Shown here piece after piece: positions 48,938 through 62,519 of a stretch of 64,000 nt of DNA. The DNA comes from Chiloscyllium plagiosum (taxonomy: Eukaryota), in assembly GCF_004010195.1 (NCBI RefSeq), contig NC_057720.1:27901473-27965472 (forward strand), written 5' to 3'. Position 1 is the stretch's first letter. Every line of letters begins with the position of its first letter. The notes under the pieces are model-generated. The model did not search any database. It was not told the origin of the DNA and worked only from the letters and a program-made list of their open reading frames with translations. The position numbers were made by a program, and so were the translations under genes.

Positions 48938-49800
48938 GTAGACAGGCAGGAGGCTGGAAGAACACAGCAAACCAGGAGGTGGAGAAGTCGATGTTTCAGG
49001 TGTAATCCTTCTTCAGGACTGGGGGTGGGTGCAGGGGGAGCTGCAGATAAAGGGGGTGGTTGGGTGAGGTGGTGATAGGTGAAGACAGGCGGAGGGTACG
49101 ACCTAGTTGGTCAATGGGAGGAATGAATCCGAATGGTGGCTGGGAGGGGGAGGGGCTGGGAAGAGAATAGGGGTGGGAAGGGAGGTTATGTGAAATTGGA
49201 GAACTCCATATTGAGTCTTCTAGGCTATAGGCTGGCCAGGTGGAAGATGAGATGTTGTTCCTCCAATTTGCGGTTTGGGTCATTGTGGCAGTGGAGAAGT
49301 GGAGATGGTCATGGAAGAGGGAGTGGGAAGAGGAATTAAAATGGGTGATGACTGGGAGGTCCAGTTGGCCTCTTGTGGGCCTGCCTGAGATGCTTGACCA
49401 ACCATTCCCTAAGTTTACGTTTGGTCTCCCTGATGTAGAGAAGATCACATTGGGAGCACCTGTTGCAGCTAAGTATTTTATTTAAACTCTGCAGTCCTAT
49501 TATATTCAGTCATGAATGGTGAAGGACATTGAAGAGACTGACAGAAGGGGATGACTCCACCAAACATCCCCATCCTGAACAATAGGAAGTGTTTCATATC
49601 CACCTTCAGGCAGAACAGCAGCATCCATTTCCGCCATCTCCCCAATTCAGAAGCATCACATGATCCAGTAGAAAGCAACCTGCTTGCTTGGCAACCCACA
49701 TTCCTGATGAAGAGCTTATGTTCGAAACATCGACTCTCCTGCTCCTCGGATGCTGCCTGAGTTATTGTCCTCTTCCAATACCACATGTTTCGACTCTGAA
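48938..49800. mobile_element. Old PLE fragments (minus 48938-49455; plus about 49540-49800)
   Basis: HFNSSSH and LEEQHLIFHLASLQPRRLN GIY-YIG tail on minus; decayed terminal repeat CCTGATGAAGAGCTTATGTTCGAAAC at about 49702. Confidence 0.75.
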
Positions 49801-49829
49801 CCCATTTACACCTTCACATCTGTAACAAA

Positions 49830-50170
49830 GTGGTAATGTGGCAGTAGTATTTATAATCTACAAGATGCAGTATACTAACTCACCAAGGTGACTCCAACAG
49901 TATGTTCCAAACCTGCAAAGTCCACCACCTAGAAGGACAAGAGCAGCAGATGCATCGAAACACTACAACTTACAAGTTTCTCTCCAAGCCACTCACTGTC
50001 CTGACTTAGAACTATTTTGCCATTTCTTTGTTGTCACAGGATCAAAATCCTGGATATCCCTTCCTAGCAGCATTGGTGTTGTACCTATACACCCCAAAAA
50101 CTGCAATGTTCAAGGCAGCCGCAAACCACCCTATTCTCCTAGCCAGAGCTGCCCACATCCAATGAATGAA
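49830..50170 (+). mobile_element. LINE (CR1/L2-type) 3' end
   Basis: Ends in GCCCACATCC-(AATG)n tail; the CTGCA..GTTCAAG segment also occurs at about 3005. Confidence 0.55.
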
Positions 50171-50919
50171 ACAAAATTGTCCATCTATGCAAAGATTAAA
50201 GTCCCCCACAGTTATTACATTGTGTTTATTACAAGCTCCAATTATTTCTTACTTCACATTTTGTTAGTTAGGAATCTTAAAACTACACTCACAAGCAATT
50301 TTTCATTTGTTATTCCTAATCAATGTACAAAGAAGTTCTACTTCCTGACCTATTGAGCTAAGGTCCTTAATTGATAATTGTTATACCGGTGAAATGGCAA
50401 CTTCTTATTGGTCACTATAGATGGGCCTGTGTCAAAACTGTAGCTGGAACTTGTTCTAGAGATTTTGATGCCTTTCATTTATGAGGATATTTTTAGTTTG
50501 TTAGTATATGCTTGCAAAGTCATCTATTCAGGAACAACTGTGGGAGCTGAAGACTCCTGCAATATTGCTTCACTGCTGGAGTGAAGAGCTAGGTCCAGTC
50601 TGAAAATGATGGTTTTAGGTCCATTTTAATATGTCATCCCTTGCATTATGAGCTCCTACTTTGTGCAGCAACATTTTATGAGGCACCTTACCAAATATCT
50701 TTAGGAAATCCAAGGACAGTACATCGATAGGCACGCTTTCATCTACTGCACATTACTCCTTCATAGAACTCCAATAATTTGAATAAATGAGATCTCCTTT
50801 GACAAAACCATGCTGAGTCTTCCTGATCACTTTGAGTATTTCAAAGAGCTCAGCTGTAATCTCATTAATGATTAATTCTAACACCTTCTGACAAGTTAAC
50901 TAGTTTATAGTTTTCTGTT

Positions 50920-51731
50920 TCTCAGCGTTCCAGAGAGACCATTCCCTCCGTGACTCCCTTGTCAGATCTATGCCCCCCACCAGCCGACACCCCACTCCTG
51001 GTACCCTCCCCTGCCACAGCAGGAAGTGCAAAACCTGCACCCACACCTCCTCTCCACACCCCCCCCCCTCACCTGTCCAAGGCCCTCAGAGATCCTTCCA
51101 CATCTGACAGAAATTTACTTGTACCTCCACCAGTCATCTACTGTATTCGTTGCACCCGCTGTGGTCTCCACTACACTGGGGAGTCAGGACACCTACTTTT
51201 CAGAACACCCACACCAACCAAACCCACTGCCTTGTGGTTGAACACTTCAACTCCCCTTCTCACTCTGCCAAGGTCATGCAGGTGCTGGGCCGCCTCCAGC
51301 ACCAAACCCTTACCACCTGACGCCTGGAGGAATAATGCCTATTATTCTACCTTGGGAATCTCCAGCCACACAGGATCAATGTAGATTTCACATTTACACC
51401 CCCCCCCCCCCCATATTATCCCAGTCCCATGCCTCCAACTTGGCACTGCCCTCTTGACCTGTCCATCACTTTTTCCATCTATCCACTTCACCCTCCTCTG
51501 CAACCTATTACCTTCTCCCCCACCTTCATCTACCTAATGCATTCTCAGCTACTTCCCCCATCCCCCTCCCATTTATATCTCAGCCCCCTGGTCCATAAGC
51601 CTCATTCCTGATGAAGAGCTTATGCCCAAAATATTGATTCTCCTACTCCTTGGATGCTGTCTAACCTGCTGTGCTTTTCCAGCACCACACTATCGATTCT
51701 GATCTCCAGTATCTGCAGTCCTCACCTCTCC
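50920..51731 (+). mobile_element. 5'-truncated PLE (GIY-YIG region + terminal repeat)
   Basis: VIYCIRCTRCGLHYTGES GIY-YIG motif; 12-bp TSD TAGTTTTCTGTT at 50908-50919 and 51732-51743. Confidence 0.85.
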
Positions 51732-53354
51732 TAGTTTTCTGTTACTGCCTCTCTTTCTTGAATATTTGGAACAAGAGCTGCTTTTGGGCATTTTGTATGT
51801 TAGGTACACATCAAATAGGGTGTCCTTGGGTGTAGACTGATAGAAATGAATAAAATAATCAATCAAAGATTCAGAATTAATTTAGTTTAGCATTCATTCT
51901 AGTTCTGTTCAGCTGTACTCTCTCTTTGTTCCCATTAATTATATTAATGGGTTGCTTGCCATACCTGCTGACCTTCAGATCCTACAATGTTCCAATAAAG
52001 CTTAACAAATTCATGCAGCCCCTGATGCATTTTCTGGTGAAACAGACTGGAGCTTCCATGGACTTAAATGAGAAGAGGACCAATAGGTTTTGGGTTAACA
52101 AGAATTAGTAATCAGTGGCAATTAGAAGCTGACTTTATCCACCCCAATCCAACACCAGCACCTCCAGATCATGGAATATTTAAATAGGGTGACTGACAAC
52201 AAAAACATGTCCTAGTCCCATGCACATTTACAGCCTATGATGCTGCATACAAATCAGTGTATGTTATTTTATAAGATTTGAAAATCAATGTAATGAGTAT
52301 GTTGCTTTTAAACAGGTATAATTACATTCTTGAAATAGGTTGTGGGTTCAGCTGTAAATCAGAATCTTGTGTTTAATTGCTAGTTGGAAGAAAGCTGAGA
52401 CAAACAAAATGCTGAGACTGATAGATATTACAAAACTTTCCAGACTAATTGATAGACAGGAGCTACTTGAATTATTTGAGCTTCATTTGAATAATGCAGG
52501 ATCTGAAGGTCAGCAGGAATGGCAAACAACCCCAAACCCATTAACAAAGTAGAAAAAGAGGTGACAGCATAGAGCTGAATAGAACTAGAATGAATATTTC
52601 ACCAATCCCACAAAAAGGTTAGCCAGCTAGGAATCTATAATTATGGTTCTGCCAGTTCAGTTCTGTCAGTTAAGCTTGACCAGAATCTCTGTGGGCAGTG
52701 GGAGTTTACAGGACTGTTCAGTTGTAGTTGTGATGGTACTGGAGGATCTGCAGAGGACTTGATGACAGTGACAGTTTGTAAAATGAAAGCAACATCATAG
52801 TTAAAGAGAGGTAGAAGATGATAACAGAGACTTTAAATTTACATTGCCCATTTAAGAAAGGCAGTTATGTGTTGAATATAGAAAGTATATTTTATAGTGA
52901 CTATGCAAATTATTATTTAAAATGTTTGAGCTTCCTGAATTTCTATCTATTTAACTACTTTACATTTTTGTATTTTACACAACTTTTGAGAAAGCCAAGG
53001 TTAAGAGTTGGCCATAAAGAAAATGACTTAATGAAACATAAGTTAGTTTTGGATATTTTCTAATCAACCTATTCAAAGAGATTATTACATAACTGCAGAG
53101 CAGGTGGGGCTTAAACCAAACCCTCTTGGTTCAGAGATGGAGACACTACCAATACATCACAACAAATTAGTTTATGATGCACGTCAATTAAGTCGAATGA
53201 TTTTACTGAGAGATATGGCTTTAATTTAAGTCCTGCACAAGGAAGTTTAAATTTGAAATCAGACTGAAGTACATTTTTTTTTAAATGGACTTGCATTACA
53301 TTAGTGTCTGATCCAGTTTAGTTATGAATTCCTATTAGGTACAATCTATACTGG

Positions 53355-55240
53355 AATATACAATACAGCACAGAAACAGACCCTTTGGCACTCCAAGCCT
53401 GTGTCGATTCCTTGTTCTTATTTAGAACCACTACTTATTGCCTATGTGTCATTTCTATCCCTCTGTTTACCTCACATTCATGTGTACTTCAAGATATGCC
53501 TTAATGTTGCTCACATGCCTACTTCCACTACCTCCCGTGGCAGTGTGTTCCAGTTACACACCACCCTCTGTCTGAAAAAAATTCCCCGCACTTCTCCATT
53601 AACTTGCCCCTCTCACCTTGAATCTGTACCCTACTGTAGTTGACCTTTCCACCTTGGGGAAAAATCCTCTGACTATCTACCCTATCTATGCCTCTCATAA
53701 TTCTGTAGACGTCTATCAGGTCACCCCTTCAGCCTCCATCTTTCCAGGGAAAATTATCCGAGTTTACACAGCCTCTCCTCTTACGTAAAACTCTCCAGAA
53801 TAGGTAACATCCTGGTAAACCATCTCTGCACCCTCTCCAAAGCATCCACGTCCTTCTAGTAATGTGATGACCAGAACGGTATAAAAGACTCCAAAAGTGG
53901 CCTAACTAAAATTTTGTACAGCTGTAACATAACTTGCAAACTTTTATATTCACTGCCCCAGCCAAGAAGGCAAGCATGCTCTACGCCTTCTTGACCACCT
54001 TATCTGCTCGTGTTGCCAATTTCAGGGATCTGTGGACCTGTATGCCCAGATCCCTCTCTGAATGTTAATGCTCCTAAGGGCTACGCCATTTATTGCATAA
54101 TTCACACCCAGATTTGACCTTCCAAACTGCATCACCTTGCATTTGTCCGGATTAAATTCCATCTACCATTTCTCTACCAAAATTTGCAATCCATCTATAT
54201 CCTGCTGTATCCTTTGACAATCTTCCTCACTATCTGCAACTCTGCCAATTTTGGTGTCATCTTCAAACTTACTAATCAGACAACCTACATTTTCCTCCCG
54301 ATCATTTTTATATATTACAAACAACAATCCCAGCACTGATCCCTGTGGAACACCATTAGTTACTGATCTCCATTTCAGAAAGTACCCTTCCATTATGATT
54401 CTTTGTCTTTGTTTTGTATCCATCTGGCTCATTCTGGATTCCATGAGACTCTACCTTATGTACCAGCCTTACTAAAATCCATGAGGAGAAAGTGAAGTCT
54501 GCAGATGCTGGAGATCAGAGCTGGAAATGTGTTGCTGGAAAAGCGCAGCAGGTCAGGCAGCATCCAGGGAACAGGAGAATCGACGTTTCGGGCATAAGCC
54601 CTTCCATATAGACAACATCCACTGTCCTTCCCTTATGAATCATTCTTGTCACCTCTTCAAAAACTCAATCAAGTTGCTGAGACAAGACTTCCCTTGCACA
54701 AACCCATACTGCCTATCACTAATGAGTCCATTCACTTCCAAATGTGAATAAATCCCATTTCTCAGTATCTCCTCCAATGGCTTCCCGCCACAGATGTCAG
54801 GTTCACCAGCCTGTAATTACCTGGTTTGTCTCCGTTTCCTTTCAGAAAGAAAGGAACAACATTGGTCATTCTCCAGTCCTCTGGAACCTCACCTGAGGCC
54901 AACGAGGATGCAAAGATATCTGTTAAGGCCCCAGCTACTTCCTCCTTTGACTTCCAGTGTCCTTGGATAGATCCTGTCTGGCCTGGGATGCTTGTCCAAC
55001 TTAATATATTTCAAGACACTCAACACTTTTTTTTCTTGTTCTATGTTGACCTGCCCAAGGGTATTCATGCCCCTTTCACGAACCTCAATATCCTCATGTC
55101 CCACTTTGGTGAATACCAATGTAAACTACTCATTAAAGATCTCACCCATTTCATCTGGCTCCACACACAACCTCTTTCCTTTATTCTTGAGTGGGACTAC
55201 TCTTTCCCTTGCTACCTGCTTACTCCTAATACATGTATAA
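53355..55240 (-). mobile_element. CR1-like LINE RT and 3' UTR
   Basis: NGVPQGSVLGLLFVIYKND..KFEDDTKIG; DKHPRPDRIYPR. Confidence 0.85.
54483..54604 (-). mobile_element. Single PLE terminal-repeat fragment inserted in CR1
   Basis: Same arm as 23425-23525; flanked by TCCAT on both sides. Confidence 0.85.
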
Positions 55241-57084
55241 AACATATAAATAATGTGCAGGCACAGTCTGAACTACTGTATTGTTCAAGCACAAACTAAC
55301 ACTCAGTGACCCCAAAATTTGGCTAGTTGCTAACTGGAAAATCTTAGAGTTGCAGTCTGCATCAAAGCAAGTGTTTTTGATTTTGGACTTTTATCTTTAG
55401 ATCCTTTATCTTGAATGCAAAGGTCACCAACATGGCTTAGTTGGTAAATAAAGTTAATGTTATGGCATTAGGTATCCAGATCATTATTGTTCTGTAATTA
55501 AAGTAAAGTGCAAGAGAAACTCAGCAGATCTCTCAACATGTCTGGAGACAGAAACAGAGTTTAAGTTCTGAAGAAGAGTTATATTGACTTATATTAACTC
55601 TTTCTTATAAAAATGAGCTGTTATCATAATAGAAAATAATGTAATTCCAAAATCAGTAAGAATTGCCTATCAGATGTGAAGGTGTTTAATAATTATTATG
55701 ATGTTAATACACATTATGCATCTAATTACATCTTATTTAACAGGTTATAACCTTTACACTTTTTTATAACAACATGTACAGTGCAGTATTGAATGTTCTT
55801 GTCAATTCTTACGGTTTCCTATTGATTGCAGTCTGAAAATGCCTCAATATCATATATTCTGGAGAAGTATAATCACTGACACCAGCTTCTGGATTTCCAT
55901 GTTGTTCTGTTTAACAGTGGAGTCCAGATATTTTTGTCAGCACGATGATGGCGAATGGCAAGAATTTTGCCACCACTACCTTTCAAAAATCCATGCAATA
56001 GACTTTTTAGGGTATTAAGTTGGATTGGACTTGTTCCTTTAGTGTCCATTTCAAGTTGCCAAGCTTCTGTGTGGCTTTCAATTGTGTTCTTGAAATAATT
56101 TGTTCCAGTTCGACACAATGCTTTTAGTATCTAGTTATAATTTTTACACATTGATGCATTTATTGAGAATGTTCTTAGTGACATTTTAATGTAGTTAAGA
56201 CCATTAACTGGAGGAGCATTCAGCTTGTCAAGTCTGCTCTTCACAATGAGATAATTCTCAATTCTATTTTTGTTATCCTCATAACCCTTGATTCCCTTAC
56301 TATTAAAAATCTACCACAGCTTTCAATATACTTAATTACTCAGTCTTGATAGCTCAGTACAGTAAAGAATTCCACAGATTCACTATGCTCTGAGGGGAGA
56401 CACTTCTTCGCACCTGTTTTCAACAGGCAAATTATGCAACTTTGCCTTCTGGTACTAGACTTGTCCACAACGGAACACAACCACCCAACATATACCGTAT
56501 CAAGCTCCCTAATAACCTTTTAAGTTTCAATTCTAAATTGCAATGGTACGAGCCTAATCTACTTAACATTTCCTCATAAGAAAATCTCTCCATAATCGGA
56601 GTCAACTGAGTGAACCTTCTCTGGATTGCTTCTAACTTGAGTATATCTTTCCTTAGATAAGGGGAAACAAAATTGTTTATATTATTCAGTTGTAGTTTAA
56701 CTAGTGCCTTGTACAATTTTAGTAAAACCTCCCTATTTTAATGCTCCATTCCCTTCAAAACAAAGCTCAACGACTCATTTACCTTCCCTATTACCTGCTG
56801 AACCTAGATGCCAGCTTCTTGTGATTCATGCATGATGACTCCCAAATCCCTGTGTCCTTCAGATTTCTGCAATTTTCTACCATTTAAATAATATTCAGTT
56901 CTTCTATTCTTCCTGCCTAAGTTTATAACCTCACATTTTCCCACATTAAGTTTCATCTGTCAAGTTTTCGCCAATCACTTAATTTGTTTGTGTCAGCTTC
57001 AATATTTGCCTACACATCTATTTTTGTATCATACGCAAGTTAGGCAATACTATATTCATTTCTGTCATTGAAGTCATTAATATA

Positions 57085-57277
57085 CAGGTCATTCTGCTAT
57101 ACCATGAATTTGCTGTAACGCGATTGACACTGTTTCTAAAGTGTGCATTTTTAAAACGTGTGTTGGCTGTAACATGATTGTATCACCAACACTTTAAGTG
57201 CTGTTTCTAAAGTGCTATTTTTCTATTACACGTGGTTGCACAAGAACTCAACTATCGCGTTATAGAAGAACTATTTG
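57085..57277. mobile_element. Tc1/mariner-type (Tigger/pogo-like) MITE
   Basis: TA flanks at 57083-57084 and 57278-57279; imperfect TIRs CAGGTCATTCTGCTATA / TATAGAAGAACTATTTG; internal repeat CTGTTTCTAAAGTG. Confidence 0.65.
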
Positions 57278-58308
57278 TATATTGTAAATAAATGTGGCCC
57301 CAATAGCCTTGTGTGATACCTTATTAAACACCTTTAGGAAATCCAAATACATTGCATATACTGGTCCACCTTTATTCTGCTTGCTATCTCCTCAAAGAAT
57401 TTTTAATTTATATTTACGAGTCATGATTTCCCCTTCGTGAAACCATGCAGATGTTGCTTTATCTTCAAATTTCTAAATGATCTATTATTACATGCATTAT
57501 AATAGAATCTAACATTTTACCAATGACAAATGTTAAACTAACTGGCCTGTAGTTACCTTTCCTTTATCTCCTTCCCTTTTCAAACGTTTGTTACATTGTC
57601 AATTTTCTAATCCTCTGGGACTTTTCCCAAATCTAAATGTTCTTAGAAGATTACTTCTCTGTGCATCCACCAACTCTGTAACTACTTCCTTTAAAATCCT
57701 TGGATGCAACCCACTAGGTTATGAAGACTTATTGTCCTTCAGCTCTTTTAGTTTCCCCGAGTATTTGTTCACTAGTGATTTTATTGTGTTTATTCCCACC
57801 CCACTATCACCATCCTACTACTTTAAACTCCTTGATCACTTTGCACTTTTGGAATACCGGTAATGTCCTTTACCATGATGCAAAATATTTCTTCAACTCC
57901 TCTTCCATTTCCTGGTTCCCTGTGTTATTTTTCCTGCCTCCTTCTCTAAGGAACCTATGTTCACTTTGGCCCCTCTCTTAATTTTTTATACATTTAAATA
58001 AGCTCTTCCTATACATTTTTCTATTACTTCCTAGTTTACATATTCTTGATTTTCTTCATTTTATTATTTTTTGTCAGATTTTGTTGGCTGTTACAACTTT
58101 CCCAATCCTCTGGTTGACCATGAATTTTTGCCACACTGTATGTTTTACTCTCTCAATTTGATAGCTAACCTTATGTAGGTTTAGCATGTTTATTTGCAAT
58201 GCAAGTTTCCAAATGTCAGACTGAATGATAAATCCTACCATGTATTGTTGCTGTTCTCCAGGGCATCTCTTATGCTAAGATAATTTCTTCAGTCTGCCTC
58301 TTACCATA

Positions 58309-58534
58309 TGGTGGCACAGTGGTTAGCACTGCTGCCTCACAGCGCCAGAGACCCGGGTTCATTTCCCGCCTCAGCAACTGTCTGTGTGGAGTTTACACAT
58401 TCTCCCCGTGTCTGCATGGGTTTCCTCCAGGTGCTCCGGTTTCCTCCCACAGTCTAAAAATGTGCAGGGGGGGGGTGGACTTGTTGGGCTGAAGGCCCTG
58501 TTTCCACACTGTGGGTAATCTAATCTAATCTAAT
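58309..58534 (+). mobile_element. HE1-like tRNA-derived V-SINE with internal deletion
   Basis: A box TGGCACAGTGG, B box GGTTCATTTCC, core TGTCTGTGTGGAGTTT..CCGGTTTCCTCCCAC, tail (TAATC)3. Confidence 0.9.
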
Positions 58535-59040
58535 ACATATCTAAAATAGCCTGATCCCTGGTGAAATCCACAACATTCTGAATGCATTCTATGAATTCCT
58601 TCTCATAGCTACCTTTACCAATTTCATTTTTCCAGTCTACATGTAGATTAAAGTCACCCATGATAAATGTACTGCTTTTGTTTAACATGGCCTGACTTTT
58701 TTTTTGTTCTACTAACAGTTTCTGTTAGGGGACCTATAGACTACCTCCACCAGTGTCTTCCCTTTTGTTATTTCTTACCTTCATCCATATGGATTCTGCA
58801 TAATCTGATCAGAGATCATTTCTTGCTATCATACTTATTCCATTTATATTAACAAAGCTATCCCACCATCCTCCCTTCTTGCCTGTCCTTTCAAATGGTC
58901 CCAGACCCCTGATTATTTAATTCCCAGCTTTGATCTCCTTGTAATCATGTCTCTATAATGGCCATTCGATCATACCCATTAATCTCTTAGTGACATTAAT
59001 TCATGAATCGCTAAAAGTGATTTGTGTTGGGTTTACAAAA

Positions 59041-59128
59041 TTAAAAATCACACAATACCAGGTTATAGTCCAACAGGTTTAATTGGAAGGATTAGCTTTC
59101 GGAGCGCCACTCCTTCATCAGGTGGTTG
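59041..59128 (-). mobile_element. Terminal fragment of a second probable PLE-type family with hammerhead-like motif
   Basis: Minus strand CAC-CUGAUGA-A-GGAG(UGGCG)CUCC-GAAA-GC-UA. Confidence 0.6.
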
Positions 59129-59169
59129 ATATTTATCAGAAATTATTCCATTTATTCATTAGGATTTTA

Positions 59170-60130
59170 TTATCCACCTTTTTAAATGTGATCTTTATAA
59201 ATGACTTAGATGAGGAAATGGAAGGGTGGGTTAGTAAGTTTGCCGATGACATGAGGTTGGTGGAGTTGTGGATAGCGTGGAGGGCTGTTGTAGGTTGCAA
59301 CGGGACAGTGCAAGGATGCAGAGCTGGACTGAGAAGTAGCAGATGAAGTTCAACCTGGAAAAGTGTGAAGTGATTCATTTTGGGAAGTCGTAATTGAATG
59401 CAGATTACAAGGTTTACGGCAAGATTCTTGGCAGTGTGGAGGAACAGAGGGATCTTGGGGTTCACATCTACTGATCCCCCAAAGTTGCCACCCAAGTTGA
59501 TAGGTTTGTTAAACTCAATCTCCCTGCTAATGAAAGTCAACACACCACACACATTTTTTAAGAGCCGTGAGGTTACACTGCAGCTTTCTAAAGCCCTGGT
59601 TCGACCACACTTGGAATATTTTGTTCAGTTCTGGTTGCCTCATTATAGGAAGGATATGGAAGCTTTAGAGAGGATACAGAGAAGATTTATCAGGATGTTG
59701 CTTGGACTGGAGGACATGTCTTATGAAGAAAGGTTGAGGGCGCAAGGGCTTTTTTCATTGGAGCAAAGGATGAGAGGTGACTTGATAGAGGTGTATAAGG
59801 TGATAAGAGGCATAGATAGAGTAGACAGCCAGAGACTTTTTGCCAGGGTGGAAATGGCTGTCATGAAGGGACATAATTTTAAGGTGATTGGAGGAACGTT
59901 TTTAGGGGAGATGTCAGAGGTAGGTTCTTTCCATGCACCCACCACTCTGTGTAATGCAATGCCAGCAATGGTAGTAGAGTCAGATGCATTAGGGACATTT
60001 AAATGACTCTTGGATAGGCATATGGATGATAGTAAAATGAAGGGTATGTAGGTTAGTTTCATCTTAGAATAGGATAAAAGGCTGGCACAACATCAAGGGC
60101 CAAAGGGCCTGTATTGTGCTGTACTGTTCT
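59170..60130 (+). mobile_element. CR1-like LINE 3' portion with two micro-inversions
   Basis: VIFINDLDEEMEGWVSKFADD; LVRPHLEYFVQFWLPHYRKD. Confidence 0.88.
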
Positions 60131-60309
60131 GAGTCAGTATTTAGTGCACCACTCAAAGACTGGTGCACAGTTAGTGGTGGAGACAAATAGGTGTTATGTG
60201 ATGGATCGATAATTCCTTCAGCAGTTTCCACCATTTCAGTTTTAAAAATTTATCCAATTAATTCTACTGACATTGAAACTCATTATTACCCACAAATAAT
60301 TAATTTGTA

Positions 60310-60520
60310 AGTGCCTTTCATACCCTTAGGACATTCGAAAGTACTAAAAAGCTAACGTGTTAAGTGTAGTCACTTTTGTAATACAGAAAGCTGACAGCCA
60401 GTTTGTGCACAGTAAGCTCTAACAAACAACAGTCCGTAATAACAAGCAAATTGTCTGTTTGCATTCATGTTGGTTGAGGAATAAATATTGACCTGGACAG
60501 TGAACATTAAACTGTAACGA
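60310..60520 (-). mobile_element. Possible ancient DeuSINE/SacSINE1-like remnant
   Basis: CAGCCAGTTTGTGCACAG..ACAAACA..TTGAGGAATAAATATTG resembles my recollection of this family; no search was run. Confidence 0.35.
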
Positions 60521-60599
60521 TCACACATAAATTAAGAAAATATTTTAAGAGAAGTCAGTCCATATTTTCTGCTTGGTTTCACTATGAGAATGTAAGAAT

Positions 60600-62505
60600 C
60601 TTCTGACGACCATTGAAAATGGTCAGAAAAAACCCATCCACTTCCGTGTCTTTTGGGGAAGGAAATCTGCCATCCTCGCCTGGCCCAGCCTTAACATGAC
60701 TCCAGAGGCAGAGCAATGTAGTTGACACTCAACTGCTCTCAAATGGCCTAGCCCTAGCAAGCCAATTAGTTGTGTCAATCACTACAAAGTCTCAACAAAG
60801 AAGTGAAACTGGATGGACCACCTGGCATTGACCAAGGCACAGCAAAAGACAACAGCAAAAACAGCCTTGTTGACCCTGCAATGTTGTCCCTACTAACATA
60901 TGCGTGCCAGTGCCAAAATTGGGTGAGATGTCTCACAGACTAGTCAAGCTACAGACTGACTTAGTCATACTCATGGAATCACACCTTACAGACAATGTCC
61001 CAGATACCATCATCATCATCATTCCTGGATATTTCCTGTGCCACAGGAAGGATAAAGCCAGCAAAGGTGGTGGCACAATGATGTACAGTTAGGAAAGGGT
61101 TACCCTTGAAGTCCTCAACATTGACTTCGGACGCCATGAAGTCTCATGGTTTCAGGTTAAACATGGGCAAGGAAACCTTTTGCTGATAGTCATGCTCTCC
61201 CTTGGCTGATGAATCAGTATTCTTAAAAAACACTTGGAGGCAGCAAGGAGGATGGCAAGGGTGCAAAATGTACTCTAGCTGGGGAATTTCAATGTCCAAT
61301 ACCAAATGTGCCTCAGCAGCAGCACTGCTGATCAAGCTGCTTGGATCCTAAAGGAGATAGACTGCATCTTGGCAGGTAGTGTGGAAGGATCAAGAGGAAA
61401 AACATACTTCATCCTTACCAATCTGCCAACTGCAGATGCATCTGTTTATGACAGTATCACTATGAGTGATCACCGCACAGTCCTTGTGGAGATGAAGTCC
61501 TGCCTTTACATTGAGAACATCCTCCATCATGTTGTATGGCACTATCACTTTGTGAAATGGGACAGACTTTGAAATGATTTAGCAACTCAAGACTGGGCAT
61601 CCATTAAGGCACTGGGGGGCCATCAACAGCAGCAGAATTGTATTCCAGCACAATCTACAACCTCTGCCCAGCATACCCCATCAAGCCAGGGGATCATCTC
61701 TGGCTCAATGGAGAGTGCAGGAGGGCATCACCAGGAACAGCACCTGGCATAACTGAAGATGGCATCAACCTGGGAGTGAAGCTACCAAAAAGGACTACTT
61801 GTGTGTCAAACAACATAAACAGGAAGTGATAGAAAGAGCTAAGTGATCCCACCACCAACTAATCAGATCTAAGTTCTGCAGTCCGACCATATCTAGTGTG
61901 AATGATGGTAGACAATTAAACAGCTCCACAAATATCCTCGTCCTCAATGATGGAAGAGAACAACTCATCAGTGCAAAAGGTAACAGTGAAGCATTCGCAG
62001 AAATCTTCAAGTAGAAATGCCAACTGGATGATCCATCTTAGCCTCCTCTACTGGTGGCCAGATTCACTCCACATGATATCAGGAAGTGGTTGGAGACACT
62101 GGATCATACAAAGGCCATGGGCCCTGACAATATGCCAACAATATTACTGAAGACTTGTGTTCCAGAATTTGTCGCTCCCCCATCTGTTCCACTATAGTTA
62201 CAACATTGGCATCTATCCAACAATATGGAAAATTGTCCAGGTGTTTCCTGTACACACAAAGCAGGACAAATGTAACCTGGCCAATTACCACCCCATTAGT
62301 CTATTCTCAATCATCCGTTAAATGATAAAAGATATTATCAGCAGTGCTATCAAGCGGCACCTGTTTAGCAATAATCTGCTCAATGATGCCTAGCTAGGTT
62401 TCCACCAGGGCCACTCAGCTCTCGACCTCAGTTCAGCCGTGGTTCAAATATGAACAAAAGCGCTCAATTTCAGAGGTGAGTTGAGAGTGACAACCCTTGA
62501 CATAG
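60600..62505 (+). mobile_element. Degenerate CR1/L2-type LINE 5' portion (APE endonuclease + RT N-terminus)
   Basis: DLVILMESHL..IPGY..RKDK..KGGG, LGNFNV, MSDHRTV, KAMGPDN, ANYHPISLFSI. Confidence 0.8.
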
Positions 62506-62519
62506 ATTCATATGAAACA

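Larger units (their letters stand above)
56200..59000 (-). mobile_element. Old long CR1-like LINE hosting a MITE and a SINE
   Basis: YKALVKLQL..PYLRKDILKLEAIQRRFT; HGFTKGKS; MGDFNLHVDW (about 58630-58665). Confidence 0.75.

Noticed and set aside
52236..53161. Possible solo LTR (TATGATG...CATCACA)
   Set aside because: Terminal match is short, there is no TSD and no second copy occurs in the window.
55873..56131. 81-aa minus ORF or alternative plus-strand exon
   Set aside because: Splice signals are weak on both strands and there is no recognisable homology.
58309..58375. tRNA gene (A and B boxes); also the heads near 16900, 17830 and 23240, and weak heads at 3460 and 18360
   Set aside because: These are SINE heads: the clear copies run into a V-domain and LINE-derived tail, and no cloverleaf is evident.
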